Assembly (NCBI GenBank): GCA_030867685.1 | Contig: JAQOWU010000008.1 | Coordinates: forward strand, 2,170,001 to 2,234,000 | Source of the DNA: Wickerhamiella versatilis | Taxonomy: Eukaryota | DNA: 64,000 nucleotides | Direction of reading: 5' to 3' | Shown: positions 1 through 10,800 of the stretch, piece after piece | Position numbering within the stretch: the first letter of the stretch is position 1 | How the letters are laid out: every line of letters begins with the position of its first letter | Position numbers and translations under genes: made by a program | The notes under the pieces: generated by a model | Told to the model about the DNA's origin: nothing | Database searches by the model: none | What the model saw: the letters and a program-made list of their open reading frames with translations, nothing else

Positions 1-1
1 T

Positions 2-3001
2 CCCCAGTCTACAGGTTCTCCTGACTATACACCAGCTGGCAGTTCGGTGAAACAACAGCCTGCATCAGAGTTTCCAACGGAATTCATTGCCCCTCCAAGA
101 TCGCGTCAACCAGGGCCACCGCCGCCTAGAGCAGCAGCGCCGCGTGCGTCAAGGTCAAGGCTTGTCTCACATCCAACTGCAAGCCGTAGTGCTTATGCTC
201 CCACGTCGTCGTCCACCGATATTGCTGGATTGGCCAAACCGGAACAACCCCCTACGAGTAACCACATGGCTCCTGGTGTAGATAAACCAGTTGGATCAAA
301 TGATATTGATCAACTAACTGGGCATGTTGATATATCTGTTCCACGCGACATTAATTCTCCACCTGTGGCACAGTACCCATCAGCAGGTGTGATGAATCAA
401 AGGAGGCCGTCGCATCGGGCAAGACCAGGTCGTGCAAGTCCTTACACACCGTCGCCCATGGTTCAGCATGATTCAACACCAGGTACGATTTATGGACAGA
501 GACCGCAAACCAGTTCACCAGCAGTTCCTCCTGTAGTTTCTTCGTCAGACCACAGGAATCCCCATGATGAATTGCTGCGTCGACAACGGCCGATATTAAC
601 TTGGAGTTCCAAGTCTGTGGCTTCGCTAATCCCTGCCGCAATAGCTTTTGGAGCTCCTACATCAAGCATTAAAGTGACTCCTTTGAATCAACTCGGTCAA
701 TTTTTGGACCCATTGTTTCCGGGACCTCTTGTTGGCTCCAAAGGTTCAGTGAAAGGCAAGCAGAAAGATGTTGAGAAATGGCTTCTTGAAAACCAGTCGA
801 GGAGATTGTTTTTTGCTGTTTTGCTTGCCTTGATTCAGCACAAATCAGATAAGGAGATAGCCTCGATTCTAACGCCAGAGGCCTCGGATTCTCAGCACAT
901 GCCTCCTCTACCAAGTGGAGTAGATTTCTCGGGCAGAAAAAATCATGAAAGGACTTCGAGTACCTCACTAGCCCAAACTGCAAAGCTTGCTATAACTGGA
1001 GACCTTGATGGTGCTCTTGAATGTGCTCTCAGGAATGGAGACTGGGCTCATGCTTTGATACTTTCACAAGCAGCCGGTCAATGGACAGAGACGGTAGCCA
1101 TGTTTTCACGTGAAATCTTAAGACCAGAATCTCCATCTATGAGCTTCTTGTATCGTGTGATGGCAGGAGATCAAGAAGCAATCTCTGAATTGCGACCGAG
1201 AGGTACCACTGAACTTGTAGATAGGAGTCTTCAACAGAAGTATCTTCAAGATTGGGCACTTTTTGCAGCGCCAGTGGTAGCTAACAGACAAAGGTTTCCT
1301 GAGTCTTCCACTAAGGCGTTACTGGATCTTGGGAAGTTACTAGTGGAGCACGGGCTTACGGAGGAAGGCCATATATGTATGCTGCTTTCAAATAATATAC
1401 CATTTGGTGATCCTCATGGTATCTTTTTACCTCTCGCTAATGCATCGCTAGGAAGAGACCACGATTCTCTAGTCGCTGCTGAGATACTTGAGTGGTATCT
1501 TGTGACAGAACACAAGAAAACACCTTATGGGCATCTCATTCCTTTCAAGATTGCCCACGCAGGACTATTATCTGATGTTGGTATGTTTGCAGAATCCTCC
1601 CGTCTTGCCGAATCCTCCCTGGCACAAGCTCGCAGTATTAAGGTAATGCCCCTGGTAATACTGGCTGAAAAAGCTCTTGCTCGCTGCAATCAGCCATCCA
1701 GTGAGACAAGTACTTGGTTAACCCGAAAGCTTTCTCGCCCTAATCTGGAAAAGGCAGTGGTCTCATCTTTTAATAAGTTTGTCGCTGGTGATAACGATGA
1801 GCCTCGTGCGCCGACAAGGCCTGCAAGCGCCGGTCCCGGCCCCATCATGCCTCCACCTCTGGCTCCGCCGCCCTCACATCGTTACACCCCCGGACCCTAC
1901 CCTGCCTCAGGTGGCCAGGTTACTCCAGCTGAATCTGAACCGACTCCGCAGGTGTCCCCGTTTGGGAGATCACACTATTTACCAAGTCCTCATATACCGC
2001 AACAGTTGGGTCAAACAAGTGTATCCAATTCACCCTCCTCTGCCTACCCCAATGCCTCTTATGGCTATAATCCTCCCTATGCTGTACCTGGGCCGGTGTC
2101 ACAGCCGCTAGTACAACCCTCAGCGATAGATGAGGAACCAGAGTATGTGAACGGATTGGATCAACCACCAAGCGAGACATATCGAGATCCTGGTATACCA
2201 AAGGTATCATCACGAACCTCGATGCGGCACTCAGAATCTGAGATAGTTCCCTCGTGGCCCCTTTCTCGCAAGCCTGAAGCAGAACCTATCCCAAATCTTT
2301 ATGGGCAACCCCAAGCACCAGGTTATGTATATGATATGGCACCTGAACCAATACCTTCACCTTCACCTGCACCTGCACCTGCACCTGCACCACAGGTGTT
2401 TAATCCAAGCTTCAATCCTACTCCTTCGGATACAGTGGATGATGTAGCGGATACAGCAGATACAGCAGATGCAGTAGATGATGACCTTGGAATAGGTAAC
2501 CAAAAGCACAAAGAGCCTGAAGAAGATTCTAAACCAAAATCTGATTCAGAGCAGCCTAGCCACAAAAAGAAATCTGGTTGGTTCTCATGGTTGCGTAAGG
2601 GAACTAACGAGGATGAACCAAAGGCCATTAAAGCGAAGCTTGGAGAAGAAAACCATTTCTACTATGACGAAAAGTTGGGTCGTTGGGTCAATAAGGACGC
2701 TCCGGCTCCAGAAGAAGAGAAACCTCCTCCCCCTCCCCCTCCAGCAATGCCTAAATCTGCCAGTGCTGCTCCGTCTTCAAGGCCACCAAGTGCTCAGCCA
2801 GTTGGCCATGCACCACCAATTGGCGGGGGACCTCCTCCACCAGCTCCTGGTGGTTCTTCGCGCCCACGGGTAGCATCTTCACGTATGCCAGCGAATGACA
2901 TTGACTCATTGTTAGGAAATGGAACTTCTACAATCCCTAGGAGGAAGCGTGGTCCCCGAAGCAGATACATTGACGTGGTTCAGCAACAACAAGAGGGGTA
3001 G
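2..3001 (+). CDS. SEC16: COPII coat assembly protein Sec16, 5'-truncated by the window edge
   Basis: The frame is open from base 2, so the ORF-track start at 47 is only a GTG. Central Sec16 domain (FPGPL...KQKDVEKWL, ALxxALRNGDWAHALILS), SGWFSW motif and C-terminal KAKLGEENHFYYDEKLGRWVNK motif, with proline-rich flanks. Confidence 0.93.
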   Translation, partial: PQSTGSPDYTPAGSSVKQQPASEFPTEFIAPPRSRQPGPPPPRAAAPRASRSRLVSHPTASRSAYAPTSSSTDIAGLAKPEQPPTSNHMAPGVDKPVGSNDIDQLTGHVDISVPRDINSPPVAQYPSAGVMNQRRPSHRARPGRASPYTPSPMVQHDSTPGTIYGQRPQTSSPAVPPVVSSSDHRNPHDELLRRQRPILTWSSKSVASLIPAAIAFGAPTSSIKVTPLNQLGQFLDPLFPGPLVGSKGSVKGKQKDVEKWLLENQSRRLFFAVLLALIQHKSDKEIASILTPEASDSQHMPPLPSGVDFSGRKNHERTSSTSLAQTAKLAITGDLDGALECALRNGDWAHALILSQAAGQWTETVAMFSREILRPESPSMSFLYRVMAGDQEAISELRPRGTTELVDRSLQQKYLQDWALFAAPVVANRQRFPESSTKALLDLGKLLVEHGLTEEGHICMLLSNNIPFGDPHGIFLPLANASLGRDHDSLVAAEILEWYLVTEHKKTPYGHLIPFKIAHAGLLSDVGMFAESSRLAESSLAQARSIKVMPLVILAEKALARCNQPSSETSTWLTRKLSRPNLEKAVVSSFNKFVAGDNDEPRAPTRPASAGPGPIMPPPLAPPPSHRYTPGPYPASGGQVTPAESEPTPQVSPFGRSHYLPSPHIPQQLGQTSVSNSPSSAYPNASYGYNPPYAVPGPVSQPLVQPSAIDEEPEYVNGLDQPPSETYRDPGIPKVSSRTSMRHSESEIVPSWPLSRKPEAEPIPNLYGQPQAPGYVYDMAPEPIPSPSPAPAPAPAPQVFNPSFNPTPSDTVDDVADTADTADAVDDDLGIGNQKHKEPEEDSKPKSDSEQPSHKKKSGWFSWLRKGTNEDEPKAIKAKLGEENHFYYDEKLGRWVNKDAPAPEEEKPPPPPPPAMPKSASAAPSSRPPSAQPVGHAPPIGGGPPPPAPGGSSRPRVASSRMPANDIDSLLGNGTSTIPRRKRGPRSRYIDVVQQQQEG
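2354..2392 (+). repeat. Hexamer repeat CCT(T/G)CA x6 encoding PSPSPAPAPAPAP within Sec16
   Basis: Directly visible tandem repeat. Confidence 0.85.
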
Positions 3002-3135
3002 CCAGACTCCGAGTCTTCTTAGTCGAGGTGACTTAGTTTGAATTATATACATAGGTATAAAAAAAATTAGCTTCGAAGAGTGCCTATTCAAAAATTATTA
3101 CTGTGCAAAATACACACAACAGGTTACATTCCTAA

Positions 3136-3984
3136 TTAATACTGTGTACGTGATGTGGCAGGAGGTGTTGGAAGCGGAACGCGCCCTGGTATGGCGTAAT
3201 TATAAGTTGGAAAGTAGAGCGGCGGCTGTGGCGGATATTCTTGCGGTTGCTGTGAATTTTCCTGATTCGAACCTGAGTAAAAACCACCAAACTGATTTGA
3301 AGGATATAGCTGTTGGCCCATTCTATAAGTCCAGTCATCTGCTGCTGGGGGGCCCATGGTCATTTGTGGAGGATATTGATATTTCAACATCTGAGGTGCC
3401 ATTTGAGGAAATGCACCAGGAGGTTGTGTATACATGTATGGTTGTTGATTTTGATTCGCTAATTGAGCCTCCATTTGTGGCTTCTCACTAAATGGCGGTT
3501 GGTAAACTGGAATCGACGGCTTCGGATGCGTCACAGGGGGCAGGACTTGTCGTAGAGATGCAGAGCTTTGATAAGCGTGGATATCGGGCGCAAATAGGGG
3601 TTTAATTGCATCTAATATGTCCTCCCTCGCGGCAAGTAACTTCGCACGTTCCAAGGGAATCCAAACACCTTTCAGACACATGGCACCGATCTTGACAACC
3701 ACTCTATCCCTTTCTGACTTCAATATTCCATCACGTCGACCTCTAGTCAGCCCAGCGAGATTAAGGAGTTTCGTTCCGTTTATATAATTGTTATCTCCTC
3801 TACGAGAGACCTGAAAATTGTCAACATGGACGTGGTACACAAGGGTATTCTCCTCTTCCCAGAACGTACTTGTGACTCGTATAGGCGAAGGCCCTTCGCC
3901 AGCTCCAAGTAGCTGATGTGAAACAGGAGATGACTCTGGCACAACTTGCGTTTGAGATACAGAAATCGGAAACTCCACTGCCAT
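3136..3984 (-). CDS. APSES-domain transcription factor (Efg1/StuA/Sok2/Phd1 family)
   Basis: [17 protein letters not shown]...[33 protein letters not shown]...[12 protein letters not shown] is the StuA/Efg1-type APSES domain. First ATG is at 3984 (the track start is a TTG). Q/P/Y-rich tail. Confidence 0.92.
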   Translation of the reverse strand: MAVEFPISVSQTQVVPESSPVSHQLLGAGEGPSPIRVTSTFWEEENTLVYHVHVDNFQVSRRGDNNYINGTKLLNLAGLTRGRRDGILKSERDRVVVKIGAMCLKGVWIPLERAKLLAAREDILDAIKPLFAPDIHAYQSSASLRQVLPPVTHPKPSIPVYQPPFSEKPQMEAQLANQNQQPYMYTQPPGAFPQMAPQMLKYQYPPQMTMGPPAADDWTYRMGQQLYPSNQFGGFYSGSNQENSQQPQEYPPQPPLYFPTYNYAIPGRVPLPTPPATSRTQY

Positions 3985-4262
3985 CTGCAACGATTGCTGC
4001 AGTCGTATGCGAGACCCTGAAGGAGGAATTATATCAGCAGCACAGCAATCAAGTCAAGTTCAACCCTACCCACCGAAGGTCCATAGTCACAACCTACGTG
4101 GCTTGCGAGCAGTGAGTATTTTTCTAAAATTTTATTGGATGTGTTCTGATCCTGCAATATGAATCTGGATCTCGCAGCTAAGTAAAACCACATGTCCCCT
4201 TACCCATGAGATTATGATTGGCCGACCCACTGCAAGTTTATGTTGGTCCACTCCCTTCGCAT

Positions 4263-4276
4263 TGCATGCGCATGCA
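4263..4276. promoter_or_regulatory. 14-bp perfect palindrome TGCATGCGCATGCA upstream of the APSES gene
   Basis: The palindrome is directly visible. TGCAT half-sites resemble Efg1/Sok2/Phd1 binding cores. Confidence 0.4.
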
Positions 4277-4614
4277 GTTCTCATCGGGTTCACAGTGTCT
4301 TAACCGAGCAAGTATGCGATTAATGTGCTTTATAGTCATATAGAATGGTTTTGTATTACTTCTGGCGCTGTGGCATTGATGTGTATGGTGCGAAGGCGTC
4401 CAAACGGTGCTTCTTTACCCATAAATGACATTTACTGTATCATGCTTCGCCCGCACATTGCTTATTTTATAGAGAGTAGATCTCATATAGTCCTCAATAT
4501 CAAATGGTGCAGAAACTACCTGTTGTTTTTCTTTTCTTTTTTTAACAACTTTATTTAGTAGAACTTTCTTGTACTCTTTTGGTAATAGTGCTATCGAATC
4601 TGATACTTATGATG

Positions 4615-6117
4615 CTACTTACGTCGATTCCCTGCCACGAGTTCCAATTGATCGCAATGTTTAGCCAGTACTGCGTTCTTTTCTCCTAGTACGGCTATTT
4701 CATGCTCCATGCTCTCTTTACGGGCTCTGAGTTCCTGAGTCCACTGTTTAAACTTCTCCTCCTGGAAGCCGGCTACCAATCCAAACCTCTCGCGAACAGC
4801 ATTGACAAGATCCTTGTAGAGGAGGTCTGACTCAATATGAACATTCCTCAAATAATCGAGACCGTAGGGCACGATCCGGGAGAGTAGTTCCAGACTTGTC
4901 ATGGGAGGTTCGGGAACTGATGGCGTTGCACCATTGCCCTGATTACTCGTGGCTACCGGTGACATATAGCTAGCGGTAGGTAAGCCAGGGGAATCGGTTT
5001 GATCTAGAGATAAGGCGGCTCGTAAACGTTCTCTCATGAGCGTTTTGCGTGCGCTTTCGTAGTGGACGACATGAGTCGTATCAATTAGATCAAGCATGTG
5101 CCCGCACATAATTAAGTCACGCAAGGCGCAAAAATCGCTGTGATCAGGATTTTCCACCTCAACGACACCCCAACGATATGCCCGTCCCCGGACCTCGCGA
5201 CCATCGTCGGTAACAACTGTGTTCTCGGACGCGGTAATCGCAAAAGGAAATAGGTCATTCATGTCTGGTGGATTGAAGACATTAATTCCATTAGATTCTA
5301 TCGAACTGCGGATAATTCTCTTGAATCTTCTCAGGTCTTCACGCGTCATTGAATCGGCTTTGGCAATCACAGGAATGAGATTCACCCGTTTTCCCAGCTC
5401 TCGCATAGCCTTGATATCCAGAGGAAAGAGACTATGGCCTGTCGCTTGCAGAAAGTACAAGCACACATGTACCCGGCTGTCAACTAAGTTGTGCCGGTCT
5501 GGCTGTTCCTCTTCGCACATATACACCATATGTTGCAAATCGATGTAGTTCACTATAGGTACCCAGGAATGATTATTATTGGTATAATCACCAAAACCAG
5601 GGGTGTCAACTATTGTAAAGCGGCCGTTAAAGCCATCTTCTTCATAGCAAGCACGTGTTACTTCTATCTGGGTGGTTTTACTCAAAGGGCCTGTGATTCT
5701 GAGATCAGGATGATCAGTTGACGACTCCAGTGGATCCCCAAATAATGTATTGACAAAGGTCGATTTCCCACTGCCCGACTCACCGGCAACCATAAGAGTA
5801 AAGTCTACGCCGTTACGTCTGACGATTTTCTCGCGCTGCTTGGGCAAGTTGGGAAGCACACTGTTTGAAAGGTGTACAGACTCTACTTTGACTGATGGAG
5901 TCGGACGCGCACTTTGGAACATGCGATTGGGCGTCTTGGGCCGCTGTTGATGACTAGGTGTGAAATCAAGCTCCTCTGAAGGTTCAGTGGTCTCCATTGA
6001 TAGTAAATCCATCTGCGCAACGGGAGGTTCTTCGACCCTTGGGCTTCCCGAGTTTTTGGAAGAAGCCTCATGCTCTAGATGTTGAGCATTGCTACGCCGA
6101 TTTGTGAATAGTGGCAT
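4615..6117 (-). CDS. SPR3: Septin, most like the sporulation-specific Spr3
   Basis: P-loop GESGSGKST, DTPG, AKAD, septin unique element (GRAYRWG...HSDF) and C-terminal coiled coil. NLPKQRE..RNGVDFTLMVAG resembles Spr3. Confidence 0.75.
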   Translation of the reverse strand: MPLFTNRRSNAQHLEHEASSKNSGSPRVEEPPVAQMDLLSMETTEPSEELDFTPSHQQRPKTPNRMFQSARPTPSVKVESVHLSNSVLPNLPKQREKIVRRNGVDFTLMVAGESGSGKSTFVNTLFGDPLESSTDHPDLRITGPLSKTTQIEVTRACYEEDGFNGRFTIVDTPGFGDYTNNNHSWVPIVNYIDLQHMVYMCEEEQPDRHNLVDSRVHVCLYFLQATGHSLFPLDIKAMRELGKRVNLIPVIAKADSMTREDLRRFKRIIRSSIESNGINVFNPPDMNDLFPFAITASENTVVTDDGREVRGRAYRWGVVEVENPDHSDFCALRDLIMCGHMLDLIDTTHVVHYESARKTLMRERLRAALSLDQTDSPGLPTASYMSPVATSNQGNGATPSVPEPPMTSLELLSRIVPYGLDYLRNVHIESDLLYKDLVNAVRERFGLVAGFQEEKFKQWTQELRARKESMEHEIAVLGEKNAVLAKHCDQLELVAGNRRK

Positions 6118-6205
6118 GAAGAGTGATAGCTATATGCGCTGGTGGTTAGGGGTTTAAGTTACCGGTCCCACAGATTATATAATATGTACAAAGAGAAGAG
6201 TAATA

Positions 6206-6970
6206 TCATTCCTTGACGACCAGATATTCCGGTGGGGATCGAAATACATCTCCACGAAGACTCATAGCTTTCATTATCTCGGTTCGCTTATTAGGAGTGT
6301 TCATAGGATCTGGCAAAGGGGCATTTATTGGTGTCTCAAATAACGAACCGATGAGCCGACCCTGAACAGGGGACTTTGTAGTATCGAATATAAACGCCAT
6401 ATTATCACTAACATCCCTTTCAATTTTCCGGGCTTCTTTTTCACCTCTGCGAAGTTTCGAAAGAGCTTGTGTCGATTCAATCCCATATACCACCTGGACG
6501 TACCGTGTAGGGCCCTCTCCTAAACTCAGCGGCACCATAGAAATTACACGAGGTCTCGAGTTATATTTCAAGAGTTTCCAGCCGAACTGCTCGTTTTTTG
6601 GTAGTTTTTGAGCTCTCATACTAAGCGGTCCATATACCCATCGTGATGTGAGCTTGGCCAGGCCCTTAAGATCTCGCTCCACAAAGCACTCATTAGTACG
6701 TTGGTAGAGCATGAGAGCCGTCTCCTTCCACTCAAATGGACGAAATCTCTCTTTGCCAATCTCACGACGAAGTCTGATGGCCATATAAGTGTTGACACCA
6801 ACCATCTGAATTCGCCGCTTCAAAGCCTTCCATCTTAACGCCGGATGGGCGAACCATGAAGGCAAGTTTTTAGGTGGTACATAGAGATCAGTCACTAGTC
6901 CAGCCTGGTCCATAGTAAAATGCATTGCAGACTGCGTAGCCTTTGTGGACGCCCATCGTCGCAAGAGCAT
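6206..6970 (-). CDS. MBA1: Mitochondrial ribosome receptor Mba1 / mL45 (Tim44-like domain)
   Basis: Arg-rich presequence (MLLRRWAST) and a Tim44-like region (WKETALMLYQRTNECF...WKLLKYNSRPRVIS...YVQVVYGIESTQ). Confidence 0.75.
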   Translation of the reverse strand: MLLRRWASTKATQSAMHFTMDQAGLVTDLYVPPKNLPSWFAHPALRWKALKRRIQMVGVNTYMAIRLRREIGKERFRPFEWKETALMLYQRTNECFVERDLKGLAKLTSRWVYGPLSMRAQKLPKNEQFGWKLLKYNSRPRVISMVPLSLGEGPTRYVQVVYGIESTQALSKLRRGEKEARKIERDVSDNMAFIFDTTKSPVQGRLIGSLFETPINAPLPDPMNTPNKRTEIMKAMSLRGDVFRSPPEYLVVKE

Positions 6971-7199
6971 TTCGAAGTTCTATTTGTCAGCCACTCAAAC
7001 GAGCGGAACTAGTGTCCAACAGTCTAAAAAACAAGAAAAGTAGGAAAAAAAGGAAAATATGGCCGACTATGACAATCTACCATAACCTAAAAAAAATTTT
7101 GCTACTTAGTAGCTCAATATCTAAAAGAAATGTATTTCGATTCCTCAGTAAAAAATTCATCTGATAAAGTGAATCTAGGCATCTAAAAGATGAGCCTAT

Positions 7200-7724
7200 C
7201 TAAAAGCGTGCACCCGATGTGTGGGCACTGACCTTCTCGTTAAGGTTAGATGCTACACCACCACCACGAATTCCAAGGACATTGATGCTGAAAGGACGAA
7301 GAACGTTGGTATACACGATCTGTGCCCCGTTGGTCTGAGGAAGTCCAAGCCAGAGGAAGAAGATGGTCTTAAAGAGCCACCAGAAAGGAACCCAGTACAG
7401 GATCATGGATGACCAGAATTCCAAAATAGTAAACACAGCGTATACAACCCAGTAGGTAAGATACTGAGTATCATCGTTTGTTCCTGGTGTCTCTAGGGCC
7501 TGAAGAGACAAATAACCAGGGACCACAACGGCGGCCAGATTGGAGAAAAGTTGGCCAATACCTCCGATATTCAGGAAAATAATAAGGAAGTACACAACAA
7601 GAAATCCAGATGCACCGAACACCTTAGGTATCTGTGTTCTCTGCTCTATCTTATTGAGGAAAGGATATTTGCTCAACTCGTTGTTAAACTGCTCGAGGTA
7701 CTTGTTCGTAGGCGTAGCACTCAT
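7200..7724 (-). CDS. YOP1: ER-shaping protein Yop1 (DP1/REEP family)
   Basis: PGYLSLQALET...DDTQYLTYWVVYAVF...LWLGLPQTNGAQIVY is the TB2/DP1 signature. Confidence 0.95.
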   Translation of the reverse strand: MSATPTNKYLEQFNNELSKYPFLNKIEQRTQIPKVFGASGFLVVYFLIIFLNIGGIGQLFSNLAAVVVPGYLSLQALETPGTNDDTQYLTYWVVYAVFTILEFWSSMILYWVPFWWLFKTIFFLWLGLPQTNGAQIVYTNVLRPFSINVLGIRGGGVASNLNEKVSAHTSGARF

Positions 7725-7891
7725 TGCGAATACAAGATTAGTAAAAACAATTTGCTTTGTTTACTGAAAAACAATACCGCTGGAGATATTTATATCCATG
7801 CTTTAAATATATATATATGTAAAAATTAACTTTAAGATGAGCTAGGGTATACTTCTCTCATGTACTAATGCTTCTCGTTAGCGTTGGCTCG

Positions 7892-10800
7892 TTAAATATT
7901 TGGCACCGGACGCCACCCAACCCCAGCAGGCTCAGAATCGTCAATCCACGCCATTGGATCTTGAGCGGGAACCAGTAAGTATTCTGCGCTATCATCATCA
8001 AGCACATCAATTACTTCTTTATCTAGATCACTCTCGATTTCAACAGCAACAGAAGCATCTCTTAATCGATGTCGTAACGCTTCGAAGGTATCTCGTGGAG
8101 GATCCTCAGGTACAAAGTCTATACCACTTACAGCTTCGTAGACAGGCTGCACAGTCTCCGCAGAATATGGGAATGCATTTTGGAGGGGATCGTGAGGGGG
8201 CCTATACAAAAAGCCATCCTGGAATCGTCGCAGGCGCCAGTCATAAGACCACAGTCCTATATGTATGTTCGTCTTGTGCTGATGAATCCATTCATAACGG
8301 AGTTGGCTGAGGCCTAATTCATAAAGTTCACAATGGAGTATAGTGGATGCAGGTACACGCGCTCGAATACACCAGTTGAGGACCTTAAACCCTGCAACTA
8401 AGATTTTTTCAGCACTTACCGGAAGTGATGAGCCATCGATGCATCTTCTAATGACTTGAACAGCAAGTGGTAGTACTCCAATAAGAATAGACATATGCCA
8501 TAAGGCTAATTTGAAAAACATGATAAGAGCATCTACCAAATTGTCAAATGCCTCCACGGCGATACCCGGTGTGGAAATCGAAAGCCAAGCATCTGAAATA
8601 TCTTCAACAAACGATCTTCCACGATCAAATACCAGTGAGCGTCTAAGTTTTTGACTTAAGAACCATAGTAAGTGGCGCTGCGGAGCACGCAGCTGGAATA
8701 GAGCAACTTCAACATCCATGGCATGCGAATCATCAAACCAGCGATGACTTGCAGCCATAGAAGGCACATGCTCAAATATGAGACGTCTCAAAGGACGGAC
8801 AACTGTATTTTCGTAATCTGTCGAAGTCTCTGAGGATCTATAGTACCCTTTTGCCAATACCAGAGCATCAGAGAGTTGCTTTGTACGCCCAGCTTTTGCA
8901 AGAAAGCTAACAAAAACTGACATTAAGGGCTTTCTATTTTTTGCTGTCCACTGTGACTGAATGCCTCCCCAATTTTCACTAATTGCTGCATAAAGACGAG
9001 GCTCATACAGCCAGGTTGGCGATACTGTACCACGTAGCGCCTCCGTAACAATTTCCACTATATGTGTGCCTTTAAATACCAGTCCTGCAAATAATAGAGG
9101 ACGTGTTTCATCGTTGGGCCACTCGACCAGATCCAATATCAGTGCAACAGGAATCCATTGACTCACATCATACTCTGTGGGTTCTACCTTCGAGAAATGT
9201 CCTAGAAGAGGCCCAGCCACACACTCTCGCAGATCGCGCGTGGCATGACGGTCAACAAGCACGGAAATGAGAGACCACATTCTACGTTGAACCCGCAAGG
9301 GCTGAGCCACCAAGCCAAGAAATAATTCTGGACATATCACATGGTAACCTGACCTTACAAGTGATTCTGACTTGCGGGCTAATTCATTCCAAACGTCGTG
9401 ATCCTCCCAGTGGCTGTAGATTGCTAAGTCTTTCAACCAATTTCGGCATTCTTCCGCTTCCTCGTGCCCAATTATGTACGTCGTTGCTGCCCATGCACTT
9501 ACTGCCTTCAAACGGATAGCTGCATGAGAGCCGCGAAGTTGAACAAGTTCCCTAATTTGCAGGACTGAAGGCCGACATTCCGGAACACCATGTCTTAGTA
9601 TCACCAATAGTGTGCCGTACTGCTGTGAAGCTTGGCTCAACCTGGATACTGTCACTGGTTCGGTTTCAGGAAAGCTGAGGGTCCCAAGCGGATTAACTCG
9701 GTTATATACCCGTCGTGCACCTGAAATGTCACCATTAGCTCGAAGTTTGCTCAGAGTTATAGCTAATAGATGAAGATATAGATGATATTCAGGTGCATCC
9801 CAGTCCACGGGATGGTCTGTCCAGAGAAAGTCGGGCAACCCGATGTATTCACCGCGAGGATCTGCGTAATGATTGTGTTTTGCATGCCAGAGAAAAAAAT
9901 CGATAACAACGTCCACACAGGGCGGCCAGTCACAAATGGTCATAAGCTTGATGCAGCCTTGCAAGGCTATACGACTACTCTCTAGTGAGAGTAACGGTGG
10001 TCGAGTGTATCTACGAACAGCCTTCCAGTCATAATCCGGTTTCCGGGCTTCTGCCAAAATTAAGATTAAAGGCCAGCTATAATCAATTTTTTCTGGATCT
10101 GTCAGTATACCAAGACGTTTCGACATAAGCAGAAGCTCTAACCCTGGATAAAGTCTTCCAACTACTGACTTATGGCTCGACGCATTGATCTCTCGTATAA
10201 TTTCATCTAATGAATCAAAGATTACCTTTGCCGCTGCTTTCTGCGTAATAAAGAAATCATGTAAAGAACGCAAGTCTCTCTTGGAAGCTCCTTTCGTAAA
10301 TAATGCCGATGCAAGAATTACCACCAATTTCAACGGAGTTCTTAACCCCGTCGTTTGCAGTCCAACCACATTGTGTGCTAGCTGTGCCAACGAATGTGCA
10401 ACGTGCCGCCTTACGGCAGGCTCAACTATTTGGCGATCGTCAATATAGTGGCCAACTAGCCTGAGCAGCCACGCATAAATAGAATCGTACAATTGCAGAT
10501 CAATATCTCCGGCATCACCTTTCATGACATGCATTATATCTTTAATAGAGGCATTAATTTCATCCTGCGATGTTAAAATATCGCAACCAAATCCCATCGG
10601 TCCCGTTTCAACAGTCCACATAAGTGGCGCGTCTAAGAGATCCAACGTATTGCTACCGTACATTGTCGATAGATTGAACTTTAAATGACTGAAAAAGCCT
10701 ATATTCCGAAGATCATGGTGAGATACTGTCAAGCCCCTCGAACGAGGGGACAAGGATTTTTTAGGTTTGGAGCTCGCCACATCTGATCGCCTCTTTTTTG

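Noticed and set aside
7725-7800. TACTAAT upstream of YOP1 as a branch point
   Set aside because: No AG lies before the ATG, and the only donor/ATG combination is out of frame.
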